The notes below the pieces were generated by a model. It searched no databases. It worked only from the letters and a program-made list of their open reading frames with translations, and was not told the origin of the DNA. Both the position numbers and the translations under genes were made by a program. From a virus (Duplodnaviria; Caudoviricetes), in the IMG/VR virus record IMGVR_UViG_3300021364_000027, positions 1 to 55,858 of that record: a DNA stretch of 55,858 nt; one strand, written 5' to 3'. Positions 37,909 through 47,339 of the stretch are shown here, piece by piece. The first letter of the stretch is position 1. Every line of letters starts with the position of its first letter.

Positions 37909-39184
37909 ATTCTCTTAGCCACTCCAACTCTGGAAACGTTGCCCAAAAATCTTCTTTGCGATGTTGATCCAATCCGTGATTCTTTTCAAAGAACTGTTTT
38001 AGTTTTACAGTATCAAGTTCGCCTGTGTTCATAAACTGTATAACACTGTCAATTTTTCCTAATACATCTTTTACAACATCAGGCTTTGTGGCAATACGAT
38101 CTTTGATTTTGTCATATGCCCATGCTTTGTAATCAATATATTTACTGCGTAATTCTATTTTGAAATCATTGGGTATACTATCCAGTCTCATAAAGTCAGG
38201 ATCTGTAAGCATGTTCAATCTACAGTTTTCGATATCTACTAATCCACGCTCTACCCAGTCCTGATGAAAGTCTGGCCAGTTCCAGGCATTGTATAAACTA
38301 ATAGTAGGTGTAAGTTCAAAGTGTATGTTGGGCAATTCTTCAAGCATTTCTTGTCTATTGCGCTCTACAGTTTCCCAGTGTGTTCCGTGTCGCATAAACT
38401 CTGCTCTTGCACCCATTGCATCTAAACTTGCACTTACTTGAATATCAGAAAATTCTTTCCAGTAGTCAATGATGCTTTTTTGCTTGAATCTTAAATTACT
38501 GAAGTTTGTGGTATAGCGTAATCTTACATCTGTTTTACCAGTTTCAATCCAATGATCCAAAATCTTATAGTGTTCGTTTGTAATCAGTGGCTCGCCACCT
38601 GCCCAGTATACTTCTTCAACATCAGGCAAGTATTGCTGCAATTCATCCCAAAAGTTTTTGTGCTTTGCAACGTTAACAATAATGCTGCCGTTGTTTTTCA
38701 GTATGTTTGCTACTTCGTGTTTGCCGTATAGTTCACCGTGTTCTTGTGCATGTAAACTGCTCAACTCAGGTCCGCATGTTCTACACTTCATATTGCAGAT
38801 ATTGCTGAAACGTATGTCCATGTATGCCATGCGCATTTCGTCAATGCTGCCATCAGCATTTGTTTTTTCTACCAAATCAAAATGCTTATCACCAAACCAC
38901 TGATTGTGATTTTTGCGCAATGTCCAAATGTAAGTGCTGTCTTCAAGTTCATAGCAACGTCTACAGCAATCCAGTTTTTCGCCTTTTAGCATAGCAAGAC
39001 GTAGTTCTCGATACTTGTCGCTGTTCCATACTTCTGCAATGGTGTTTTCTTTAACATTGCCAAACGGTTGATCACTGTCTGCAATACAGCAAGGCATAGC
39101 TCTACCATCAGGCCAGGCGTGCATGTGTATCCAAGGAAGGATACAGAACGCCTTATTCTTTTTTAATAGATGTTCTTTATCCAT
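37901..39184 (-). CDS. Radical SAM protein (clade A)
   Basis: FCILPWIH..DGRAMPCC..CRRC, CNMKCRTC, AGGEPL. Confidence 0.9.
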   Translation of the reverse strand: MDKEHLLKKNKAFCILPWIHMHAWPDGRAMPCCIADSDQPFGNVKENTIAEVWNSDKYRELRLAMLKGEKLDCCRRCYELEDSTYIWTLRKNHNQWFGDKHFDLVEKTNADGSIDEMRMAYMDIRFSNICNMKCRTCGPELSSLHAQEHGELYGKHEVANILKNNGSIIVNVAKHKNFWDELQQYLPDVEEVYWAGGEPLITNEHYKILDHWIETGKTDVRLRYTTNFSNLRFKQKSIIDYWKEFSDIQVSASLDAMGARAEFMRHGTHWETVERNRQEMLEELPNIHFELTPTISLYNAWNWPDFHQDWVERGLVDIENCRLNMLTDPDFMRLDSIPNDFKIELRSKYIDYKAWAYDKIKDRIATKPDVVKDVLGKIDSVIQFMNTGELDTVKLKQFFEKNHGLDQHRKEDFWATFPELEWLREYV

Positions 39185-40406
39185 TCATTAATCCTGCAAG
39201 TTCTGGAAATACTTCAACAAAATTCTCATTGCGAATTTTATCACGTCTACTAGTATTATGTATAAACTCTTTGCCGTGTTCATCCCAAGTATGAGCACTG
39301 GTTGCAAAACGCATTGCATTTTCTACATGCTGCACACACCAATATTCGTCTTTGATTTGATTGATTAGTTTTAACAATCCCAGTGTGCCTTTTTCTTTTT
39401 CTTCTGGTGGCAAATTTTGCGCACTGTAAAAACTTGGATTCAACAAATGATAAATGCTGATATAATCGTGTTTGCGGAGTAAATCTTGGTCAATCATGTA
39501 TGTGAAAAAATCACCCAGTGTGACATAATTCAAGTTGCTTAATACACAGTTGAATTGATAATCAATAAAGTCTACATCTCTAATTGTGCGTAGATTGTTT
39601 TCAACTGTAAACCATTTTGTGCCGTTGCGTATGTATTCAGCTTTTTCGCCATAATGGTCCAAACTTGCACTGACTTCTACACCTTTGAAATTGCTCCACA
39701 TATCAAGTATATCATACTTTTTGTATTTAAAGTTGCTCATGTTTGTGTTGTAGCGTAATGTTATATCTTTACAGCTACCATTAGCAATCATTTCTTCAAG
39801 TATTGTATAATGTTCATCTGTGATCAGTGGCTCGCCACCTGCAAAGTATGCAAGTTCAATATTAGGTATTTGTTCAAGAACTTGATCCAACAACTTGCCG
39901 CTTTCGTCAGCATGTTGCACTACCCTAAATCCAGGAGGTGGAGCATCATGTTCTTTGTGTTCTTGTCCCCATTTGCTTGAAAATTCACTGCCGCAGGTTC
40001 TGCATTTGAAATTGCAAATGTTGCTGAAACGTATGTCGTAATAAGCCATTGTAAATTTATCAAGGCTACCGTCTTGGTTTGTAAAAGGCACTAGATCATC
40101 GTATTTGTCAGCAAACTTTTCAATGCTGTATTTTCTAAAACTGTATGGTGAACTTTCCTCATGTTTGTAGCAAAATTCACAGGCTTCATTTTTCCTTCCA
40201 GCAAGCATATCTAAACGTAATTGTTTCATACGCTCAACATTAAATGCTTGTTCCAGTGTGGTATCTTTTACGTTAGCAAAAGGTTCAACATAGTCGCTGC
40301 TACAACAAGGATATACATCTCCTTTTGGCGTCACATTCAAGTGTAGCCAAGGAAACATACAAAAAGTTTTACTGCTTTTTAAATGATCATCCTTAGAATG
40401 TTTCAT
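39177..40406 (-). CDS. Radical SAM protein (clade A), tandem paralogue of 37901-39184
   Basis: FCMFPWLH..GDVYPCC..CEFC, DIRFSNICNFKCRTC, FAGGEPL. Confidence 0.9.
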   Translation of the reverse strand: MKHSKDDHLKSSKTFCMFPWLHLNVTPKGDVYPCCSSDYVEPFANVKDTTLEQAFNVERMKQLRLDMLAGRKNEACEFCYKHEESSPYSFRKYSIEKFADKYDDLVPFTNQDGSLDKFTMAYYDIRFSNICNFKCRTCGSEFSSKWGQEHKEHDAPPPGFRVVQHADESGKLLDQVLEQIPNIELAYFAGGEPLITDEHYTILEEMIANGSCKDITLRYNTNMSNFKYKKYDILDMWSNFKGVEVSASLDHYGEKAEYIRNGTKWFTVENNLRTIRDVDFIDYQFNCVLSNLNYVTLGDFFTYMIDQDLLRKHDYISIYHLLNPSFYSAQNLPPEEKEKGTLGLLKLINQIKDEYWCVQHVENAMRFATSAHTWDEHGKEFIHNTSRRDKIRNENFVEVFPELAGLMNG

Positions 40407-41778
40407 CGGCTTCCTTACATAGTGCAAAGAAATCACTCATTTCAGGAAATGTTTTTTCAAAATCTGTACCACGTCTACGGTCGTGTTCTTTAAAGAAGTT
40501 CCAAAAGTCTTTGCGACCTTCTCTAATTTTGTTTACATCGTATCTAGTTGTTTTCATGTAATCAACAACACGTCTAAATTTTTCATATTCCATTTCACTG
40601 AAATGTTCTTTGCTGCCTTCTTTAACATTATCTTTAATAAATTGTAAATGGCTTTCCATATAGGGTATATAAATTTCTTTAGGCAAGATATTTATGTCAT
40701 ACTGCAAAGGTTCTTTTAGGTAAGGTGTATCAAAATGTATACGTTGCCAACGTCCGCTGTTTACATCATTATACATACGCCTTTGTTCTAATATTTTTTC
40801 AAGCAATGTTTGGAATGTTGTGACACTGAACAAACTAAATGTAATCATGTATGTCACAGGTGCGGTAGTATTACGCATAAAATAATCAAAATTACGTTCA
40901 AATACCTGTAAGTCTAACCCGTCACGAATGTACTCAGCACGTTCGTTCCAAGTATCTAAACTTGTAAACAATTTAAAACTTTTTATTTTGTTTTGTGTAA
41001 GCAAACTTTTTACGCTGTCTGTAAACTTTTCTAGTTGTTTTTCTTTGCCACCGAAATTACTGTTTACATTTAGCTCAAGATTGGGCTTAGGATCCTTTTC
41101 AAGTTCGTCAAACATCCTATACATACTTTTTTGCATAGTAGGTTCGCCGCCTGTAATACGTAAAATGTTTAAGGTTTTACTAACTTCGGGCCACCATTTC
41201 CACCAAGCTCGGAGATAAGGATTTGAATCTTCTTCATACACCCGGAACCAGTCAATATCACATCTATGATTTTTACTTTGCGTATATGGTCCATGTTGTC
41301 TTATTTCATTGTAAAATCTGCTGCTCGCTTTTGGATGACAATATCCGCAACGGAAATTACATTCGTTGCCAAACGAAATTTCAATATACTCAGGATTAAC
41401 ATTAAAATCCCACTTATTAAATTTTACTTCTTTTAACCTGTCTTCGTTGTAGATGCTACCGCTGCGAATATGTCTGTCACTGATATAATCATCACCCATA
41501 TTTTCAACATTCCAGCAATACTGACATCCAGCACATTGTTTGCCTTCTAGCATTTCTTTGCGTTCTTGCTTTTTATGTTGTGTGTTATGCAATGCACTAG
41601 GATTTGTTAACAACTCGTCAATATCAATTTTATGAGGTGCTGGATGATAACAACTATGTGTTTCACCTGTTTGTAAATAAATTGTTGTATGATACCATTT
41701 TGCAAAACAAAAAGTCGGCGAAAAGTGCCGCTTTGTGATATCATTGATATATTTTACTCTGTCTGTTTGGTTCGACAT
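40393..41778 (-). CDS. Radical SAM protein (clade A, divergent)
   Basis: FCFAKW..HSCYHP..CQYCW, CNFRCGYC, TGGEP, AEYIRDG. Confidence 0.9.
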   Translation of the reverse strand: MSNQTDRVKYINDITKRHFSPTFCFAKWYHTTIYLQTGETHSCYHPAPHKIDIDELLTNPSALHNTQHKKQERKEMLEGKQCAGCQYCWNVENMGDDYISDRHIRSGSIYNEDRLKEVKFNKWDFNVNPEYIEISFGNECNFRCGYCHPKASSRFYNEIRQHGPYTQSKNHRCDIDWFRVYEEDSNPYLRAWWKWWPEVSKTLNILRITGGEPTMQKSMYRMFDELEKDPKPNLELNVNSNFGGKEKQLEKFTDSVKSLLTQNKIKSFKLFTSLDTWNERAEYIRDGLDLQVFERNFDYFMRNTTAPVTYMITFSLFSVTTFQTLLEKILEQRRMYNDVNSGRWQRIHFDTPYLKEPLQYDINILPKEIYIPYMESHLQFIKDNVKEGSKEHFSEMEYEKFRRVVDYMKTTRYDVNKIREGRKDFWNFFKEHDRRRGTDFEKTFPEMSDFFALCKEADETF

Positions 41779-42701
41779 TATCGTCCTTTACGTGGTATCC
41801 TTGAAGGATTCATATACACTGTTTTAAAAAAGTTGCTTTGCTGTGCATTTAAACATTCTTCTGCAATAGGCAATTCCAGTTCGTGAATAAGTTTTTCACC
41901 TAGTACTTCTGTTTGTTCATCAATGTCGGACATATCTTTATTGTCCCAATAATTGTTTAGCCATTCGAAATCTCGAACATTAACAAAGTCCCAATCTGTA
42001 CACATTGTTTTATACAAACCTTCTCGTGCTCCGTGGATGGCCCAACGACCATTCTCAACATCTGCGCCAACCATTAACCAAACATACAACCTGTGTAAGT
42101 TTTTCCAATGATTTTTTTGAAACGCTTCTACAGTAGGTTTCATACCTCTGTCAAGTGCCATTTTTACACCTTCGCGGAAACCAGCACGCCATGCTTGATG
42201 CGGTGTAGCATTATTCATAATTTCACTATGACACTGATTGATTTGTATGTATTCTAAGTCCCAACAAAAATCTACCTGTGCATGTAGATTATCTGGATCT
42301 GCATTTTCATGCGTTTTCATGTTAAGAACTTTTTCTTTAGGCCAGCACTTTATTCCGCCATTGCCATACATAAGTCCGTTAATTGTATTTCTAGCACTCC
42401 AACTTACAACACAATTTTCAAATGCAACTTCTCTATTCCAGTGTGCATCTTCGTGACTATCTAAATCAAATTCTTTGCCAAGGAAATCTGCATTTACAAT
42501 ATTATCACCGTCAATAGTAATAAATCTATCAGTTTCACTTAGTTCAGCACATGCTTTGTGTGCTGCATCTGAACCTTCTACACCATGTACACGTTTTGCC
42601 CAAGGTACTTTAGTACACAAGTCTGCATAATTTTTTTCAGCGTTTGGCTCATCATAACTTAGATATATAATATCATAATCTAAAATTCTAAATTTACTCA
42701 T
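41778..42701 (-). CDS. Glycosyltransferase-like (GT-A) protein
   Basis: YDIIYLSYDEPNA, RVHGVEG..AH, FITIDGD (DxD), YGNGGIK, AGFREG. Confidence 0.6.
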   Translation of the reverse strand: MSKFRILDYDIIYLSYDEPNAEKNYADLCTKVPWAKRVHGVEGSDAAHKACAELSETDRFITIDGDNIVNADFLGKEFDLDSHEDAHWNREVAFENCVVSWSARNTINGLMYGNGGIKCWPKEKVLNMKTHENADPDNLHAQVDFCWDLEYIQINQCHSEIMNNATPHQAWRAGFREGVKMALDRGMKPTVEAFQKNHWKNLHRLYVWLMVGADVENGRWAIHGAREGLYKTMCTDWDFVNVRDFEWLNNYWDNKDMSDIDEQTEVLGEKLIHELELPIAEECLNAQQSNFFKTVYMNPSRIPRKGR

Positions 42702-43273
42702 TCGGAGACCTCATACGAATACTTCTCAAATCTTTTTATAGTATATACGCTTACAGCTGAAGAGTCAAGTTCTAAATCGGAGGCAAAGTTAACTTCTACT
42801 TTACCATTTTTTAAATCATCTATTGCACAATAAATGTATTGGTATAACACATGGGGATCGTGTGCTTTCGTAATACTAAATCCCATATCAGATCTAAAAC
42901 TTAGTTTGTTTGATAAAAGATTATCTTGGATTGCACGGTCTAATTCAACAGTCCACTTTTTTTCGTTTTTATTATGAGTAATAATAACATCTGGTCTGTT
43001 TTTATTATTTGCAGGAACGAGATATATTTGGTCGTTGATATCAAACTGGTATTCGTCTTCTATGTATCTATGAGATAGTATATGTTGTTTTGTGACTGTA
43101 TCAAATAACACAACATAATTACTAACTACTTCTTTGCCAGTAATTAAATTGTAAACATCTTCAATGTCTACTACTATGTAGTTTCCTAACTCTTTGTAAT
43201 TGTTTTTGATACTGGTAATATTACCATCTTCATCAAAATAAACATAACGCTTGTTGTTTACTTCTAACATCAT
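42698..43273 (-). CDS. Hypothetical protein
   Basis: Translationally coupled ORF within the operon; no confident motif. Confidence 0.75.
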   Translation of the reverse strand: MMLEVNNKRYVYFDEDGNITSIKNNYKELGNYIVVDIEDVYNLITGKEVVSNYVVLFDTVTKQHILSHRYIEDEYQFDINDQIYLVPANNKNRPDVIITHNKNEKKWTVELDRAIQDNLLSNKLSFRSDMGFSITKAHDPHVLYQYIYCAIDDLKNGKVEVNFASDLELDSSAVSVYTIKRFEKYSYEVSE

Positions 43274-44112
43274 ATTCCTAATTTATTTTCGTATGTGCTT
43301 ATAACATGATCATTACAAAAATTATCTTCTGTGTAATGAAATATACCACTTTGTGTATAATTACCTATTGTTAGTTTGCAATCGTTATCAAGATACACAC
43401 CTAGTTGTTTTTGCCAACTATCTACCCATAATTTATCCCAATTTTGATTATGTAATTTCATATGTGTAAAAGTTGGATAACTAGTTTTTAAAGTAATTTG
43501 ATCTTCACATTGTAAAACTTTTGCTGCAATCGCACTGCTTACATCCACACTGGGCCATTTTTGGAAATACTTGCCTCCAGCATATTGTCCGTAAAACAGT
43601 TCCCAATTGTGCATAATTGTTTCCACCCATTTAAAAAATTCGTGTGCTTGATCTGATTTTTTAAACCAATGAAATCCGGCATATAAATTAGGCAAATGAT
43701 GATTTCTAAATGCTTTTCTATAGTATGTATTATCTGATATTTCACCTCTATAATTTAAAACATCACTCACATAATATACTTGCTTTGTTTTTAGTAATTC
43801 GTACCAATGAGAAATATCAGATAAAACCAGCATATCAGTGTCAATTACTGCTGTTTCATCAAAAGGTGTAGCATGATAAATTTTCCAACGATTTTCAACT
43901 TTCCATGTTGAATTCTCTGCTTCATCTTTCCAAGGTATATCTACAATATGATCGTACAAAACTTTATATTTGTCATCAACAACGTCATTGGTAATAAGTG
44001 CAATTTTACAATCAGGATTAGTTAATCTTAGACTCATTGCAGCAACATTTGCCTGCTGAACATAATCAACATCGCTATTCTGTGCAAATAATGTAAAATT
44101 AAAGCTCATCAA
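43270..44112 (-). CDS. Putative GT-A glycosyltransferase (GT8-like)
   Basis: A.SLR..NP..IALIT, TPFDETAVIDTD (DxD), FTHMK. Confidence 0.65.
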   Translation of the reverse strand: MMSFNFTLFAQNSDVDYVQQANVAAMSLRLTNPDCKIALITNDVVDDKYKVLYDHIVDIPWKDEAENSTWKVENRWKIYHATPFDETAVIDTDMLVLSDISHWYELLKTKQVYYVSDVLNYRGEISDNTYYRKAFRNHHLPNLYAGFHWFKKSDQAHEFFKWVETIMHNWELFYGQYAGGKYFQKWPSVDVSSAIAAKVLQCEDQITLKTSYPTFTHMKLHNQNWDKLWVDSWQKQLGVYLDNDCKLTIGNYTQSGIFHYTEDNFCNDHVISTYENKLGI

Positions 44113-44929
44113 TTAACCTATTCAAACTAAATTTATTCATAATATGAACATTACAACCTTCAACTGTTGCAGGAAAATAATCTATACTATCTTTCTTTTG
44201 CAGTAAAAATTTTACTTTATCGTTTTTAATGTCTAAGCAAATGTCTTTGTCTAAAGTATAATATTTTTTCCCCGGTAATTGTTTTACAAAATTACCCGAC
44301 ATATGTCCATTCATTATGTGTATTGCAATGCTAAATGCAAAATCATTCCTAAACGTAGTTGCTGTAATTCTATATAAATTTTTGTAATGATACCAATATT
44401 CTTTGATGTGTGATACAAGATTAAAAAACAACTCTGTTTGTTTGTTTTTTCTAAAATAGATTACTGTTGCCCAATAAAAATCAATGCCGTTTGCAGATAT
44501 ATGTTTAAATTCACTTACATCTCTCCATCCAGATAATTCAGTGGAATTTTTATACAACATTACATCATTTGATTGTTCAAAACAATACTTCAAACAATCA
44601 TTACACAAAATATAATCAGTATCCATAATGATAGTTTCATCGTATGGGGATAGTTCGTATGCCCTGTGTCTATCTAAATTTTTCCATTGTAGTTTATACT
44701 CTTTGTATACACCATCTCTGTATGTTTTATAATTGTTGTTCTCGCTTGATATTTCTATTACGTTATCAAACTCGTGCTGATAGTTTACTTCTAAATACGA
44801 AGCATTATCTGTGACAAGAGATACTGGAATATTTAAATACTGTTTAATTCTTGCAGCACAAAATATTGCTTGCTTTATGTAATCTACTTGTGTGTTATTA
44901 CATGCAATTAGTAGAGCACCTTTGCTCAT
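44099..44929 (-). CDS. Putative GT-A glycosyltransferase (GT8-like), paralogue of 43270-44112
   Basis: SPYDETIIMDTD (DxD), WATVIYF, RND.AFSIA, HIMNK. Confidence 0.65.
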   Translation of the reverse strand: MSKGALLIACNNTQVDYIKQAIFCAARIKQYLNIPVSLVTDNASYLEVNYQHEFDNVIEISSENNNYKTYRDGVYKEYKLQWKNLDRHRAYELSPYDETIIMDTDYILCNDCLKYCFEQSNDVMLYKNSTELSGWRDVSEFKHISANGIDFYWATVIYFRKNKQTELFFNLVSHIKEYWYHYKNLYRITATTFRNDFAFSIAIHIMNGHMSGNFVKQLPGKKYYTLDKDICLDIKNDKVKFLLQKKDSIDYFPATVEGCNVHIMNKFSLNRLIDEL

Positions 44930-45270
44930 GTGTCAAACATACCTTCAACTGATCTATTTGTTTTTAGCTTATCGTATTCTACATAATATTTGTTGCTTGC
45001 TCTAAAATATGTATCTGATACGCCTTGTACAAACTCCTGCAAGTTTACATTAACAGGAATATCATTGCTATCAACAATAACTGTATCTTCTTGCCCTGCA
45101 GATATCATACTATAGCAAAACGTTATAAGTTCTTTTGTAGAAATAAACGTGCCTCCGCCATAATAATATAATAAATCTTCTTGATACTTTTCTTTCAAGA
45201 TGCGCTTTTGATTATCAAGTGTAATCATGTAATTACTAAAATCAAGAGCTTTTTTTAATCTTTCATCCAT
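44926..45270 (-). CDS. Hypothetical protein, first gene of the sigma70-driven operon
   Basis: GGAGG RBS; coupled to the downstream gene. Confidence 0.75.
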   Translation of the reverse strand: MDERLKKALDFSNYMITLDNQKRILKEKYQEDLLYYYGGGTFISTKELITFCYSMISAGQEDTVIVDSNDIPVNVNLQEFVQGVSDTYFRASNKYYVEYDKLKTNRSVEGMFDT

Positions 45271-45287
45271 GGTATACCTCCATTGTT

Positions 45288-45316
45288 AGTATACACAAAA
45301 AAAGATGATTTGTCAA
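45288..45316 (-). promoter_or_regulatory. Sigma70-type promoter TTGACA-N17-TATACT with extended -10
   Basis: Minus strand reads TTGACA aatcatctttttttgtg TATACT aacaatGGAGGtataccATG(45270). Confidence 0.85.
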
Positions 45317-45319
45317 CTA

Positions 45320-46372
45320 TTACAATACGCCGCCTGAGACATCGCCTAAGTTGTTTGAATTTGAAGTTGATGCATTTGTGACAATTCCACCTTTAGTAAT
45401 TCCGGTTAGGTCCACTGCTGGTTGAACAACAGAATTATATGTAAAACTACTATCAGGACTATAGCTACTACATGCGCTGTCCAATGTACCATTAACTTCT
45501 TCGTCGATAGGTGTTCCAGTACCAGCGCCGCCTAAATCTCCAGTGCCTGTATCACCGTCAAAGAATCTTATACGGAATCTAATACCAGTAGTAGATCCAC
45601 TTTGTACTTTACCATATATTCTATAGTTGTTGTCAGAATAAGCACCACTTCCAGTTTTATTAAACATTAACTGGTAGGATCCGGTTAGGTTGTCAAAACC
45701 TCTACTATAAGTAGTGCCAGATGATGCACTGGTATCATATTTGTCAATATACACTGTTCCCATTGCAGATAAAAGATTTGCCCAGTCTGTGGATTTTGCG
45801 CCTGTTCCTCCAGTTAGACTAGCAGTAAAATGCAATCTTCCGCCTGCATTTTCCCAAGCAATTTTTGCAGCAGAGGTTGCCCAATCAACATCAATTACAT
45901 GATAAAGGGCAGTTTGTCCACTGTTAACACCCCAGTTAGTGGTTCTTTGTGCAGTACCTGTTGATTCTAAACTAAAACTGCTTGCATCATAACTTAAATG
46001 ACTAGCTGGATAATTTGATACTGCTACACTCAATGCTTCATAATCATTGAATCCCATAAGTGTGCCATTTGATACTGCACTGAATGCACCTGTGCTTTGA
46101 TTGTAATCTTGAGACGTGTCGGCACCTATTGTTTGTCCTAAAGCAGGAACAGCTAAATTTGTTTCAACTGCACCAGTTTGGTGTACCCAACAAGACTGCA
46201 AATCAAGATACAGTTCTTCTAACTGTTCTGCTGCAACTTCGTCTACATCAGCAGCAACATCTGCTGATCTTGATGTTTGCGCCCAACTGGTCACATATAA
46301 AGAATCAATGATGTCTCTTCTATTGTTGTAATCAACAGCATTTACTCTATCTCCTACATTTACATTTACCAT
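45320..46372 (-). CDS. Virion structural protein (tail/baseplate-associated)
   Basis: S/T/G-rich; shares NAGG..ASL.GG.GAK..W and Y.NN.Y motifs with 46373-47305; lies in the tail module. Confidence 0.6.
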   Translation of the reverse strand: MVNVNVGDRVNAVDYNNRRDIIDSLYVTSWAQTSRSADVAADVDEVAAEQLEELYLDLQSCWVHQTGAVETNLAVPALGQTIGADTSQDYNQSTGAFSAVSNGTLMGFNDYEALSVAVSNYPASHLSYDASSFSLESTGTAQRTTNWGVNSGQTALYHVIDVDWATSAAKIAWENAGGRLHFTASLTGGTGAKSTDWANLLSAMGTVYIDKYDTSASSGTTYSRGFDNLTGSYQLMFNKTGSGAYSDNNYRIYGKVQSGSTTGIRFRIRFFDGDTGTGDLGGAGTGTPIDEEVNGTLDSACSSYSPDSSFTYNSVVQPAVDLTGITKGGIVTNASTSNSNNLGDVSGGVL

Positions 46373-47305
46373 TTATTCACCTAATGTTTGTGTATTTGCG
46401 TATGCAGGACTATCAACTTCAACATAACTACCTGTTGCACGTTGTTGCTCAACAATGCTTCTAAATGTTCCACTTACTGCTTCGTCAATACCAGATGTTC
46501 CATCACCTGGATCGTTTGGATCACCATCTCTGTAAATTACTTTAAAACTCAATTGATTTCCTGCAGAGTTAAGTTTGGCTTGGTATGTAATATTATTGTT
46601 TTCGTATGTGCCTGCACCCGGCTCATAGTACCATATATTAACATAATCATCACCCGCTGTCAAGTCATATGCACCACGATTATAATCAGTTCCTGAATCA
46701 GCAGTTGTATCTGTGTAAGCAAACTTAACAACACCTACAGTTGTGATCATACCTATCCAACTAGTGTATTTTGCTCCAGAACCTCCGCTTAGTGATGCCC
46801 TAGTTCTTACTTCTCCGCCGCTATTAAAAAATGCTCTTAGATGATCATTGTTATCAAAACTCACAGTCCATTCATGAATTATAGTTGATACAGTTGGATG
46901 ACCCCATTGTGTAGTCCTAGTCACAGCAAGTTTTGATTCAGGTGCTGTCATTTGATTGATATTGTATGATAATGCATTTGTTTCAATATCAACTGATGCT
47001 GTTTCATATTCTACATATACTGCATCAGTAATATCGTCTTCGCTTTCTACATCTGTTAATACTACAAAGCTATTGTTTTGATGGACATACGCTTTCTGCA
47101 AATCAGTCTTTAAATTTTGCATGTGTGTGGCATTAACTACAGTTGGATTGTTATTTACATTAGTAGGCAAGCTGCTACTTGCAACTGTTTGTCCGTATCC
47201 AAATGTGGGTCCGTATCTTTCTACATCGCCAACGCCGAGAACTTTATTAGCTCTATCTTGCATTTGGTTATATCGAGCAACGGAAATTATATCGCCAACT
47301 GCCAT
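46373..47305 (-). CDS. Virion structural protein (tail/baseplate-associated)
   Basis: MAVGDII..YN, GYGQ, RAFFNSGGE; paralogue of 45320-46372. Confidence 0.6.
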   Translation of the reverse strand: MAVGDIISVARYNQMQDRANKVLGVGDVERYGPTFGYGQTVASSSLPTNVNNNPTVVNATHMQNLKTDLQKAYVHQNNSFVVLTDVESEDDITDAVYVEYETASVDIETNALSYNINQMTAPESKLAVTRTTQWGHPTVSTIIHEWTVSFDNNDHLRAFFNSGGEVRTRASLSGGSGAKYTSWIGMITTVGVVKFAYTDTTADSGTDYNRGAYDLTAGDDYVNIWYYEPGAGTYENNNITYQAKLNSAGNQLSFKVIYRDGDPNDPGDGTSGIDEAVSGTFRSIVEQQRATGSYVEVDSPAYANTQTLGE

Positions 47306-47331
47306 ACTAAACTCCTAAAATTATATGCTAG

Positions 47332-47339
47332 TATTTATA
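47332..47339 (-). promoter_or_regulatory. T4-type late promoter consensus TATAAATA
   Basis: Overlaps the stop codon of the upstream fibre gene; AGGAG RBS follows before ATG 47305. Confidence 0.7.

Noticed and set aside
1-45270. Bacterial O-antigen/capsule locus or giant eukaryotic virus glycosylation cluster
   Set aside because: No Wzx/Wzy/ABC export or membrane proteins are visible. The block is contiguous with phage tail-collar genes and shares their TAAATA motif. SD sites and sigma70 promoters argue against an NCLDV
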